From NCBI GenBank assembly GCA_963729045.1, contig CAVSMN010000012.1, positions 1-64,000 of the forward strand: 64,000 nucleotides of DNA, given 5' to 3'. This document shows positions 1 to 11,233 of the stretch, in pieces; within the stretch, counting starts at the first letter, position 1, and the number at the start of each line of letters is the position of its first letter. The position numbers and the translations under genes are program-made. Source of the stretch: an uncultured Nitrososphaeraceae archaeon. GTDB taxonomy: Archaea > Thermoproteota > Nitrososphaeria > Nitrososphaerales > Nitrososphaeraceae. The notes beneath the pieces are model-generated. The model was given only the letters and a program-made list of their open reading frames with translations. It did no database searches and was not told the DNA's origin.

Positions 1-50
1 ATAATGGTTCTTTTATTTGGGTTCTACAAATTAAAGGTGTATAAGAAAAA

Positions 51-1160
51 GTGTTAAATCATCAAAACAATGTGGAACTTAATATCTGGCAACTTTATTA
101 TACTCGCTAAAGTCGAGTCAGACCAGAAAAAATTACCAAGGAAGGATAGACAAATTTTTCCATTTTGTAGGAGTGGAGGGTAAAACTACAGAAGAAAAAA
201 GTATTCAGTTTATTGAAAAGGCAAGATCGGAAGAAAGTAAACGGGTTTTTAATTCAGTATTGAATTTTATGTTGTACCAGGTTACCAGAGTTCAAAATAA
301 GGAAATAGTAGCATCTACTATCCAAAATTATCTAAAAAGCATCAGACTATTTTGTGAATTGGCAGATATTGAAATTTCTTGGAAAAGAATATCCCGAGGT
401 CTTCCTAAAGGAAAAAGCTTTGCAGATGATAGAATACCAACAGATGATGAAATACAAAAAATAATTGAATATCCTGATAGAAGGATTAAGGCAATAGTCT
501 ATACCATGATGTCTTCAGGTATCCGACTGGGTTCTTGGGATTATCTTCGTTGGGGTAACATAAAACCAGTCGAAAAACGTGGCTCGGGTGGTGGCTGCAA
601 AGGTGATTGTCTATGCTGGAGAGGACGAGGAGTATTTTACATTTATTTCAGGTGAGGCATACTTCGAATTACACAAATGGATAAAATACCGTGAGAATTG
701 TGGGGAGATTATAAATGAAAACAACTGGGTTATGAGAGACCTGTGGGATAGTGGCTCTCTAAAGGATGGTAAAGGTCTGGTTACAAAACCTAAAAAATTG
801 GCTTCATCTGGAATAAAGAGGTTAATTGAAAGGGCAATCTGGGCACAGGGTCTCAGAAAAAAACTTGAACATGAAAAGAAAAGACATCCTTTCTCTGCAG
901 TTCACTCATTTAGAAAATGGTTTAAAACTAGATGTGAGGTTGGAGGAATGAAACCAATAAACGTCGAAAAATTGTTATCTCATAGTATTGGTATCAGTAA
1001 TAGCTATTACCGACCCACAGAAAATGAAATCTTAGATGACTATCTAAAGGTAGTAAATTCTTTGCCGGTAGATAATAATAATAAATTACAAAAAGAATTA
1101 CAAGCATATAAAGAAAAAAAAGACACAGAGAATCAAATTATAATCAATTCAAAAACATGA
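51..1160 (+). CDS. Tyrosine recombinase/integrase, thaumarchaeal type (re-joined across about 2 frameshifts)
   Basis: ORFs 173-655 and 579-1160 together carry the catalytic set: SSGIR (R), HSFRK (HxxR), LLSHS (H), NSYYRP (Y). The frame extends upstream (LYSLKSSQTRKNYQGRIDKFF) towards a GTG at 51. Frameshifts near 98 and 578. Confidence 0.85.
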
Positions 1161-1462
1161 TTGAAAATGCATATCTTCAGAATGTACAAATTATCAAAAC
1201 GAATGCTTCTATTATGAAAACCTATTATAGCATGTTTGGAAATAGCGAGATAGTAAAAAATATTGAAAAGATGGAATCTGATTTTTTAACTCTAAATGAG
1301 CAATCAAAAAAATCAATGCTCAGCCAGTTGGACCTCATTAAAGATAATTACCTCTCTAATGCTGCTAGGATGAATGAACAATATCAAAAGACACCTAACA
1401 TTGATAAGTTTATTCCCAATCCTGATGGCTCTTTGCAGCCCGATAGTAATTTAAAGAAATAA
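1157..1462 (+). CDS. Helical hypothetical protein; may be a frameshifted C-terminal extension of the integrase
   Basis: ATGA overlap with the integrase stop; the frame is open upstream (NQFKNMIEN), so either a coupled gene or another indel. Confidence 0.5.
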   Translation: MIENAYLQNVQIIKTNASIMKTYYSMFGNSEIVKNIEKMESDFLTLNEQSKKSMLSQLDLIKDNYLSNAARMNEQYQKTPNIDKFIPNPDGSLQPDSNLKK

Positions 1463-1949
1463 TATTAGTTGAATAGTATATTTAGTACTAATATTGTCGA
1501 AATTCCTACATCCAAAATTGCAGAATACGACTAATTGACTAATAATTACTAGGGTTATCTTTGGGTTGAGATTCTACGATGATCAATTTTTTTCAAAAGA
1601 TTCGTCAAGTAGACGAATTTGAATAAATTCTTTTTTTCTAATTGCAGTTTGGTATGATCCCTAATTCTAAGGTATGGTTGGGATAACCCACAAAACTTGG
1701 TCTTTATTAGAGATTTGATTACATCCGATTAAAAGACCAAATATACGGATTATAAATATATTGCACTGTTAATCGAACTCGGATAAGGCATTATCCCAGA
1801 TGTACCCGCAAATATTAATTAAAAAATAATCCGTGTCGTGAAAAGTTTATCGCTGTTAATATAGCCTTATATGTTCTCATCCGTTTTCACAGTTTAATGA
1901 ATAAGAATGTTTATGACAGAAAAATGGAGTGTATAAAGGAGGTAATATT

Positions 1950-2274
1950 ATGGTGGAAGTAGTCGAGCTTTCCATTACTCCGACTGGAGGGTCTTCTGGA
2001 GTCTACCGGGTGGACATCAGAGGTTCCGGATTCATCCAAATCAGACGGTGTTTTGGCGGTTACGGGGCGAGGATCCGGCGTCTGAAGATTTTATCAATGC
2101 TCCTAGTGGCGGTGGCGTCGTCGGCCCAGATGGGACGTTCTTCTTCACTGATAGCGCTATCGGGGCGAACTTGAACGAGGATTGGGGGGCCAAGACGAAA
2201 TCTTCGCCGATGTATACTATACCTATGTTGGCGCTTCTCACCACAGGTCCAACACGATCAAACGCAACTTCTGA
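1950..2274 (+). CDS. GC-rich hypothetical protein of about 108 aa (two frameshifts)
   Basis: AAGGAGGT at 1936-1943 precedes ATG 1950. Adding one base near 2036 and one in the G-run near 2185 gives MVEVVELSITPTGG...GFIPNQTVFWRLRGEDP...LNEDWGGQDEIFADVYY...RSNTIKRNF*. Confidence 0.6.
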
Positions 2275-3085
2275 ATTCCGACTGCGGCAGCTATGACTGG
2301 TCAAAGTATGCTGGAGCGCCCTAATCCTTGCGTTTGGTAAGGAGATAATCTTTGACAAATACAAAGGATAAGGAATCTATCTATTAAGATAGTTACAATA
2401 AGGAGTCTTTCAGAAATCCAAGTGTGATTTTTTATCTTGACATTACTACTAGATATTTTATGCCCCTTCTTGTAGTGTTGTAGATACATCAATTATTTGA
2501 AACTCATCTACATTCAGTATTTAAACACAGAAGTAGTCAATCTAAGAACCAAAAAAATACTGTTAATAATATGAATCTGTATTGGCTGTGTTTCAACTAA
2601 TATTTCTGCATCAAAACATTGATATTGTAAATGAAATAAGCGTATACTCGCTACTAGTTAATCTTTTTCATATATATTATTCTTAAAATATTTCATACTG
2701 AAAGTTTATCCATGATTGATTCATAACTCGATGATATTCTTACTTCGATAAATCGGTATTCAATAGATTTCGATCGTCTGTTATTAGGTCTAAAAAGAGG
2801 ATTGGGAGATATAGGGTTCATGTTAAAGTTTATGGCATGACTCTGTCTTCGTGACAATAATTATAGAGATAGTTAGATGTGTAAAGTTACAGACCCTAAT
2901 CAGGACATTATTATCAAACTAATAAAGAGAATGAATGATCATTTGAACCCAAACTAGGAATCACATTTGACTCAAAGGAAACCATAGTAGAGCTAAACGA
3001 CTGCAGCTTTATAGTTATCTATAGATTCCATTAAAACTGTTTGTCGCATATCAAATCTCCTCCGCTAGGGTATGACGGTATCGCA

Positions 3086-3603
3086 TCATTCATTTTTAGT
3101 ATTAGGTGAATTAATCGACTGGTCATCACCTATAATTGATCCTTTAAACATTAGAATGATCACTACTAAAGCTGGAATAATCAATAAAGATACCATTATA
3201 TTATAATGTGGATACATGAATCTATTTTCGATGCTCCAAGCAAACCAAGCAACAGTGATGAGAATTAATACTGGACCTATCAATGACAATATTATGACTT
3301 GGTAATGTCGTTTTACCTCTTGTGTTATTTTACTTCCACGCGACAGTTGAAATCCATAAATTACAAGTGCTAGACTAACAAGTAATGCGATATACCGATA
3401 TAAGTATCAGCTCGGACCTGAATTGCAGTCTCATCATTTTGTTGAATTATCCTGTTGTTCTGTTGAATGATAGTTTCTAAATTAGTAATATTATTCGTTG
3501 GCGGTTGCTGTTGTCCTAGCACATTCTCATTTATAGAGTAATAGATGATGATAATCACCGTTGTCACAACCAAGCAGAGAAGTATCCTACAGGGCAGGTT
3601 CAT
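3086..3603 (-). CDS. Membrane protein with signal peptide and 3 TM helices (frameshift near 3390); paralog of 23329-23835
   Basis: ORFs 3370-3663 and 3086-3289 are joined by an open frame ALLVSLALVIYGFQLSRGSKITQEVKRHYQVIILSLIGPV that aligns with LAFVIFGLYIGQEHKLSLFTKRLYILAFFSLIVPV. Confidence 0.65.
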
Positions 3604-4667
3604 TTGTTTGTCAGTCACTATAGTCTGTTCAGCCTCAATTCTCATAAACCTTTCCTGATACAAACTCCTCAGTCAAGGCCGTTTTGACAAAATTGACATA
3701 TACTTTATCCATAATTCAGTTTTACATCATATTCTGGATAACGGACTATAAAATTAGGGCTATACGCTATACTACAATGTGGGCAAATCACAAAAGACAA
3801 TAGCTATTGCTATTTAAAAAGGTACTGCTTAACAGAGAAATGCTATTCACTGAATTTCAATTAGTGTTACCTACCTTATTTCACAAACACAAGAAATACA
3901 AACATCAATTATAAAAAAAATCATGGAACAAATGTTCAAGAAACTGAAAAAAGAGCAACGATCTCAACAACAAGTCAAGAAAGGAGATCCGATAAATTGC
4001 TAATGTTTTTTTGGTAAATCCACTTCGCCGCTAATACTAAAGTCCTTGGATTCTAAATAATCAGGAGTAAGGTTTTGGAAAAATTTGTCGATCTCATTGG
4101 AGGTATTGATGGAGTATACTTTATAATCATTTACATTTACAAAATTGACTAATTAGATCATAAACTTAGAAACTATGACTAGGGATTTTATCAAATTTAT
4201 TATCATTGACTGGGCCATATCATAGTGGTGGCCAAGAATAAAAAGTTAATCTTGCATTATTGATTGATTAATACATTTTTTGTCTCTAAATCCTAAAATT
4301 ATTAAATAATTTACAAGTTGAAAGTTTGAGAATTTTTTTAGAAAATTTGATGTGGTATGAAAGTGAAGGTAAATTTGTCTCATTTATTTCAGATGAAAAT
4401 AAAAGACACCAAAAAGGGAGGAATGGATTGATAATTATGAAAGGTCTTGTGTAAAAATTTTGGCTCTCATTATTTTGTTTTTGGTGATAAAATGGGCATT
4501 ATTTTGAGACCTTTAATATTATCGTTAATTTATTAATTTAAGTTTTTTCATTTATGCTCATTTCGTTTCTATATAGAGTACTCTAGGACGATGTTAATTG
4601 TTTTTAATGATATTTTTAAAAAATATAATAACACCATTTTTATAACATTATATTATCAAATAAGATC

Positions 4668-4868
4668 ATGATAGTTGAAGGAATAATATGTTTGGTTATA
4701 GGAATAGTACTTTTTTGTGTTACTCCGTTGTTTCACTCTCCGTCAATAAGTCGTATTGTTAGGATTATAGGAATAACCCTTATAGTTATAGGAGTAATCT
4801 TAATTGTTCTTGGTCTTGTACTAGGAGTAGCATTGATGTCATTAGGATCTTTATCTTTTCCTACTTGA
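4668..4868 (+). CDS. Small two-TM membrane protein
   Basis: 66-aa ORF, ATG start, two hydrophobic Gly/Ile/Val-rich helices, TATA-like sequence upstream. Confidence 0.6.
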   Translation: MIVEGIICLVIGIVLFCVTPLFHSPSISRIVRIIGITLIVIGVILIVLGLVLGVALMSLGSLSFPT

Positions 4869-5081
4869 TCTCCCCTCCTCCCTCTTGTCTATTTTGAATT
4901 CATCCTGATTTCATTTTAGCTTTTTTTGCAGAGTATCCGGTTTTTTTTAATTAGCAACGTTCTGTCTAAAGGTATGTCTTTTTATTTTTCCTTCTTGAAA
5001 GTTTAAACGATTGATACTCAAGTTTACTTTATATCTTGAGTGTTACTATACATAGGATATATTGTTAGAGTAAATTCCTAT

Positions 5082-5148
5082 AAAAAAAAGGGTCTTGCAT
5101 AAACGACACGGAGAACAAAAGATGCAAAGACCCTTATGGAATTAGAGT
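5082..5148 (-). ncRNA. Candidate small RNA: hairpin followed by U8 tail
   Basis: Inverted repeat AAGGGTCTTGCAT (5088-5100) / ATGCAAAGACCCTT (5122-5135, one bulge). TTTTTAAA at 5177-5170 upstream on the minus strand; T8 immediately after the stem. Confidence 0.4.
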
Positions 5149-6122
5149 AAACATTACTAACAGGATGAGTTTAAAAATGAATTGTATCATCAGTCAGCGT
5201 CGCTGTAGTTACGATATAGTTTTGGACATCTTTTCTAATAACGGATTCCCGAGTTAGAAATAATTCTCAGCATGTCACTACATATTAACTTCACAAGACC
5301 GCACTTTTTTTTAAACAATATAGTTATTGAACTCTCGCTATTAATTTTGAAATCAGCAGATATCATTGTCCATACAACGTCAAAAACAAACGGGTATAGG
5401 TCACACATATTTCCAAGATCTCAAAATCATATTTAAAATATTATTGGCATCAAATCTGCAAATACAAGATAAAGCAAAATTATTACACAGATAGACTTCC
5501 CCTAATTGTACAGATCATTCATATTTTGGAACATAATATATTCCTGAACCCTTCAAATCAGTGAATAAGGAAAAAATAATTAAATGCTTTTTTAGAAATT
5601 ACAAAGAGATGTTTCTTAGACGTAATTCCATGCTTTAAGAATTTTCCTAATATTCATATAGTTTATTCAAAAATTATTCATTAAATGTTTACTATTTGTT
5701 ATAAAATTCCATATGCAATATACAAACTTAATTGCTGAGTTCTCCGTTTGGGTAAAAAAGTGCATAAAAATCTATTTTGTTTATATACCCAATATATAAG
5801 ATGTGACGTTTTTACGATTGTGACTAGTCACAAAACTAAAATCAAGTTTTGAAGTAGATGTTACCATGAAAAAATCATATAAATAATAACACATACGATG
5901 ATTATTTTCCATATGCTTATCTGATTAAATACTTTTGATATGGATTATCTCATTTTAAGGTTAAAACCGATTATCCTATGTCTTATTCTTTTAAGAAGAT
6001 TCTCCTTTTTTATTAAAAAAAGGAAAAGAAAGTAAAAATTGTTGTTTGAGCTTGATTTGTGGGTTGCCTGATAGTCTACTTATCTGTTTTATTCGCTACA
6101 GATGAATAAGATGCAGAGGATT

Positions 6123-6740
6123 CTATAGGTATTATCTTTTCCGATTCCCTCATAAATCCTTACATTTCTTTTTCCTATGTCGGCAAGATGTTTTGATTGT
6201 TCTTTTGCTTCGTTGACTGCGTTTTTGAAAAAGCCAATATTAGAAAATGCGATGTCATTAAAAATTCTACTAAATGCAATTACGTTTTCTGTATAGCTGA
6301 CTTATCAACCTTGAATACATCTCGGGTATTCTTCTAAAGAATTCTAGGTTATTCCATAATTGATCGTGGACATTTTCAAAGTATGGTGCGAATACTGACT
6401 GAAAGGAATTTATGGCCTGTTTTTGGTATTCCAGATAGTTTTCTGCGATATCCTTGGTTGCTTGTGCTGTTTGTTCCTGTGTGTCAGTAATTGCTTGGGC
6501 AAAACGAGGAATTTGATTTATGGCTTCATCGGTGTTTCTCTCTATACTTCTCTTAGATTCTTCTAAGGCGTTGCTGACAGATCGAGTGGACTGCTCTAAA
6601 TTATAAATGTTATCAAATGATTGCTTATTATTATTATTGATTTGATAAGAGGATTTTTTATTGTAATCTTTATTCTTACCAGGAATAGTATCTTCGATTA
6701 TATTATTAGATTCTGTTTCGATTTTATCATTATTAGACAT
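6123..6740 (-). CDS. Amphipathic helical protein, phasin-like (frameshift near 6295)
   Basis: ORF 6270-6740 continues in another frame as SYTENVIAFSRIFNDIAFSNIGFFKNAVNEAKEQSKHLADIGKRN...NNL* to 6123. Q/N/E/A-rich helical composition; phasin role is inference. Confidence 0.65.
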
Positions 6741-7520
6741 AGTAATGCCATTTATTTAACAAGTTATAAAAGGGTGATAAAAAATCAACAAACAACCTTT
6801 TACTTCAATTAGTAATTCCTCTTAAATCAGATTCAATAGCCTAAAATTTCATTAAATAACAGTAATTTAATCAAAGTCATCAATTATAACAAATATCAAA
6901 CAAGATTAGATTAAGAGTAAATTTTAAGTTCATCATGTTTGGCGGATTTTTCCCTTGCTCCCTCACCTCCGAATTCAGCGCTTAAGAATAAAACAGGCCC
7001 GCCTTCTCCAGACGACAATCGTCTTAAGACATGTGAAATAATATATCTCATATTCTGAGTAAGAAAAGTATTTTGAAAAAAGAGACAGGAGTCCGAGTAA
7101 ATTATATCTGCATTTTCACTATCTTGAAGACTGTAAAAAAAATCTATGGCAAATTTAATATAATTTCCCATTTCTCCTTCTAATCCTTACTTATATTACA
7201 ATTCTCCCATACTCGCTTAAGAGACACATCAATATCTTTGACCATTATATGATAAAGATTATGACCAAATCTTCCTAATGATGCGGAATAGGTGGCTTTA
7301 ACATTTTAGCTTTTAATTGAAAAGAGGGTTCCAAGAGCTTCTCAAATGGTATTAAGCCGTGACAAATACTGATACGACTATTATCGAGGATTATGAGGAT
7401 ATCCACATGATTTCCACCGAACCCTTATACCATAAGGGACTTAATCCCACAGAATAATTAATTCTATCGATGTGGACTCAATTAATTACCGTCTTTTAGA
7501 CTGGAGTAGGTTTTATTGAT

Positions 7521-7850
7521 TCATCTAAAAGGTGATTTAAAATCTTTAAATGACAATCTGTCATATAAATAATCCCAGATTATTACATAGGAAATTAACT
7601 TATCCGCTCTAAAGAGTCCCCCTTCGTAGTCATTCCCATCAAGGGTTAAACTAATAGTACATTTCGCTTCTTTGTAACCATTATTTTTTATAGGTATGCG
7701 GAAGACGTCATTTTGATTTCTAATTTCATGATCAAAGCTACCTATAACAGATTGTCCTTCCTTGGTAAGCATACCACTAGATGAAGAAATGAATTTTCCA
7801 ATTTTGGTTACATCATTAAAAATACGGTTCACGTCAAGGTTATGTTTCAA
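7521..7850 (-). CDS. Hypothetical protein
   Basis: 109-aa ORF with globular composition; no recognised motif. Confidence 0.45.
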   Translation of the reverse strand: MKHNLDVNRIFNDVTKIGKFISSSSGMLTKEGQSVIGSFDHEIRNQNDVFRIPIKNNGYKEAKCTISLTLDGNDYEGGLFRADKLISYVIIWDYLYDRLSFKDFKSPFR

Positions 7851-8212
7851 TAGCCAACTAATACATCGATATGGTTTTTTTATTATCGACGGTGTTTTTG
7901 ATTATTTCCAAATAAAAAGATGATCATTCTATCAAAAATTATCTGAATAGCTCTGTTACTTTATCAAGTCATGATCAACAATAGTCATTACATTGAAAAA
8001 AATAATTTAATGAATTTGAGTGGAATAAGATCTACATAAACGCCATTTTTTTGTGTTCCTTACATTATCAATAGTATTAGTTTTGATAATCTGCCCGCTT
8101 CCACTAATTGATACATAAAATAGTGCTTTATTTCAAGATGGAAATGGTAAAAATGAATCTATTAACTTCATACGGCCTGAAACTGTAACAATAATAAATA
8201 TGCCGAATGTGA

Positions 8213-9700
8213 ATGGGATTCATGAAACTCAACATAAACAGAGCTTTGATTTTTCAAGGGGGGGGCTCGCTTGGTGCATACGAAGCAGGTTGTTACAAAG
8301 CTGCCAAAGAAGATCTTTTAGAATACTTTAGAGAAGGCGGCAGGGAAAATGAGCCAATATTTCATATCGTATCTGGAACGTCAATAGGCGCAATAAATGC
8401 TGCTTTATTGGTAAGCTATGTAAAGGAAAATAAAACATGGGAAGGATCTGGTGAAAGGCTTGTTGATTTTTGGGAGTATCTTTCTACACAATCCTCTGTT
8501 GAAAGGATACCTTACTTTAAATCTTATTGGGATTCTTGGCATAAATTAGATAAACGAATAGCATCTGGAGAATCAGCCAGAAGATATTTCAGCACTAAGG
8601 AATTTATTTTGAAGGGGGTTCCTAACGTATTTGTACCCAAAACACCTATGTTTGATAATAGGTTTTTTGATCCATCAAATACGTGGTATGTCTATGACAA
8701 CAAGCCTTTAAAGAAAAGTCTCGAAAAGTTTGCAAAATTTCCTATTTCCACATGTTACGAAAATAACGAACCAAGGCTCTTGCTAGTTGCTGTGGATATA
8801 CTAGACCTTACTCCTGTGGTTTTTGATAGCTACGAAAAGGAGGATGGAACAAGGAAGTCAGAGTACGGTAGATATGGTAAAATAAAATTTGGTAATTCTG
8901 AGAAAGATCAGCAGAATACTGAGGGGTTTGAACATATTATAAGATATAACGATGGCATTACATCAGACTTCGTTCTAGCAAGTTGTTCAGTTCCGATAAA
9001 TTATGACTATACTTGGCTAAATGTAGAAAGCCGTGCCTTAGTCGATGATGGAGGGCAAGACGACAATGCAGATACTGGGGATAACCATGTGCCTTCTTAT
9101 CCGAATGGCAACACCGGTTTGCGCAGTTTCTGGGACGGTGGTCTATTAGCTAATACTCCATTAAGACAGACAATAATCGCTTATAGGGATTATTGGTATG
9201 ACGTGAAAAAATTAAAAGAGAACGTACCTAAATTGAGATACGGTATAATAAATCTACACCCGGCTAGACAAGATTATCTACCATCTGACTATGACGGTGT
9301 TGTTGACAGAAAGAATGATATAATATTCCATGACAGGACACGGTTTGATGAAAATGTCTCAATTCTGATGTCCGATTTCATTAGTTTTGTCAAGACCCTA
9401 ATTAATTTAGCCAAAGAGAACGGTGCGAGCGAAGAGGCACTGCAAAAGATCTTGGAGTCTGAAACCAAGTCCGTTCTTCTTGCCACTGGCAAGCATTGGA
9501 GGTTTGAGGATTTACTAACTGTCAGCGTAGATGTTGATTATGTTGTTCGTCTTGAGCGAAGGAATGACAGTCATACCGTTTCTAATAAGACATTTGACTT
9601 TTCAAAAACTACAATCGACCAGCTGCTTCAAGATGGATACCAAGAAACTAAGGAACAGATGATAGCCATAATAGATAGGTTAAGGGAAATGAACAAATGA
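8213..9700 (+). CDS. Patatin-like phospholipase/esterase
   Basis: QGGGSLGAYEAG oxyanion loop, GTSIG nucleophile elbow, FWDGG catalytic Asp. Confidence 0.92.
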   Translation: MGFMKLNINRALIFQGGGSLGAYEAGCYKAAKEDLLEYFREGGRENEPIFHIVSGTSIGAINAALLVSYVKENKTWEGSGERLVDFWEYLSTQSSVERIPYFKSYWDSWHKLDKRIASGESARRYFSTKEFILKGVPNVFVPKTPMFDNRFFDPSNTWYVYDNKPLKKSLEKFAKFPISTCYENNEPRLLLVAVDILDLTPVVFDSYEKEDGTRKSEYGRYGKIKFGNSEKDQQNTEGFEHIIRYNDGITSDFVLASCSVPINYDYTWLNVESRALVDDGGQDDNADTGDNHVPSYPNGNTGLRSFWDGGLLANTPLRQTIIAYRDYWYDVKKLKENVPKLRYGIINLHPARQDYLPSDYDGVVDRKNDIIFHDRTRFDENVSILMSDFISFVKTLINLAKENGASEEALQKILESETKSVLLATGKHWRFEDLLTVSVDVDYVVRLERRNDSHTVSNKTFDFSKTTIDQLLQDGYQETKEQMIAIIDRLREMNK

Positions 9701-10314
9701 AAGGATAGCTAGCATTGTTGCTATTCTGGCCTAAACTTTTAGTATCATATAACGTTTGAACTATTTGTCTATTGAATTATATCTTTCTTCCATTGGTCAA
9801 GTGTGTGCAACTTCATTAATCAAAACAGTAAAATGTTATCCAATCGACTAATTTACCTTCAAGAGTGCTTGCAAATGGAATTCAGATAGATATCAGACCT
9901 GATATCTGATTTGAATAATGGTGTTATCCATGTTAAATGTAATTAACTTGTAGTCTATTTTATTAAATAGATATACTAGGCAGAAAATACAATCAATGAG
10001 GATCTTTTAACCATACTTTAGATCAGACGTCCAGAATCCGGCTGTAATGTCACTGGAATTAAAGCAGAGCTAACTACCATGATCCACAAGTAGTACGAGT
10101 AGTTTGCCTATGTCTGTTGATACCCTAATTACAAAATCGCTACATTTCGTTATGGTTCAATTATATCAGACTGAGAATGTCTTTAATGCTCTCTAATGAT
10201 CCAACTTGTCTTTTTATCAGGAGATTTGGTCACGGTCAAAGGATTGCTCCAATGCATCCATAATTTTGGAATAGGGGAGAGAGTTTTATAGAACATCAGA
10301 ATGAGTAAGAATCA

Positions 10315-11233
10315 TTGCTAAATGACGTGCCCGGACTTTTAGTCACTAAGGATATTGCTCTTGTCTTATTCGTTGTGTCTACAATGCTTTCCATCGGTCT
10401 GAGCGTTAATTTGAAGCAGATCAAAGGTATATTGTCAAATTATAAGCTAATGACAAAAGGTCTACTAGCTAACTTTTTGATAATTCCTTTGGTAGCGTGG
10501 ATAATAGTTCAGGTAATCCCAATGGACGATTCGATAAGTACGGGCTTTCTATTGGTATCAGTATGTGCAGGGGCTGCGTTGGGGCCCAAGTTTGCTCAAA
10601 TGGCAAAATCTGATATTGCTCTCGCTGCAACAATGATGTTCATTCTTTCAGTTTTGACCGCATTCATCACGCCCTTCTGGCTTGGTGTGTTCTTCGGATC
10701 AGCTGGTGATAGTGCTAATAGTGATGGTTTTGCGACTCCAAGTAATCATACATCACGGATCCTAATCGAACTTATTATTCTCTACTTAGTTCCAATGTTA
10801 TTTGGGATATTAATTAACAATCGTTATCCAGACAGGGTTAAAATTAGGACTCTTTTGGAAAAAGTTTCAACTATCCTCCTGATAGTAGTAGCTGCCCTAG
10901 TTCTCATGACCAATCTAAACGATATTTATCATTATGTTATGGGGACTGTGGGAATTATTATAAGTTTGATAAGCGTTCTTATCTATGGTACACTAGGATA
11001 TTTCCTGGGCGGGCCTCGGTACTTCAACTAAGCGATCACTTGCATTTGATACTGCTATACGTAATGATGCGGTAGCTTTGCTTATAGCAACTCAAAGCTT
11101 CTCTGATCAGCCTAATGTTGCTGTTGTAGTTGTAGTTTTTGGTTTGACGCAGATTATTGTGATGGGTGTAATGGCGTATTATTGGTCAAAGAAAAGCAAG
11201 GGATCAGAAATTAAAGCGAGTACAAAGGGATAG
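10315..11233 (+). CDS. Bile acid:sodium symporter (SBF) family transporter (frameshift near 11017)
   Basis: MLSIGLS, LLANFLIIPLVA, LGYFLGGP motifs; continues in another frame as GTSTKRSLAFDTAIRNDAVALLIA...KG* to 11233. Confidence 0.85.

Noticed and set aside
560..600. Programmed frameshift in the integrase
   Set aside because: Many unrelated genes show the same single-indel pattern, so assembly error is the simpler explanation.
2041..2364. Minus-strand 107-aa ORF
   Set aside because: Antisense shadow of the SD-led GC-rich gene.
4000..4230. Protein-like minus-strand fragment (NDYKVYSINTSNEIDKFFQNLTPDYLESKDF)
   Set aside because: Interrupted, and I cannot assign a family without a search.
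5712..5766. GTTCTCCGT inside a weak TATGCA/TGCATA stem as another sRNA copy
   Set aside because: Only a partial motif, a short stem and no clear U-tail.
9888..9907. AGATATCAG-AC-CTGATATCT inverted repeat as an operator
   Set aside because: Isolated, about 400 bp from the next start, no second copy found.
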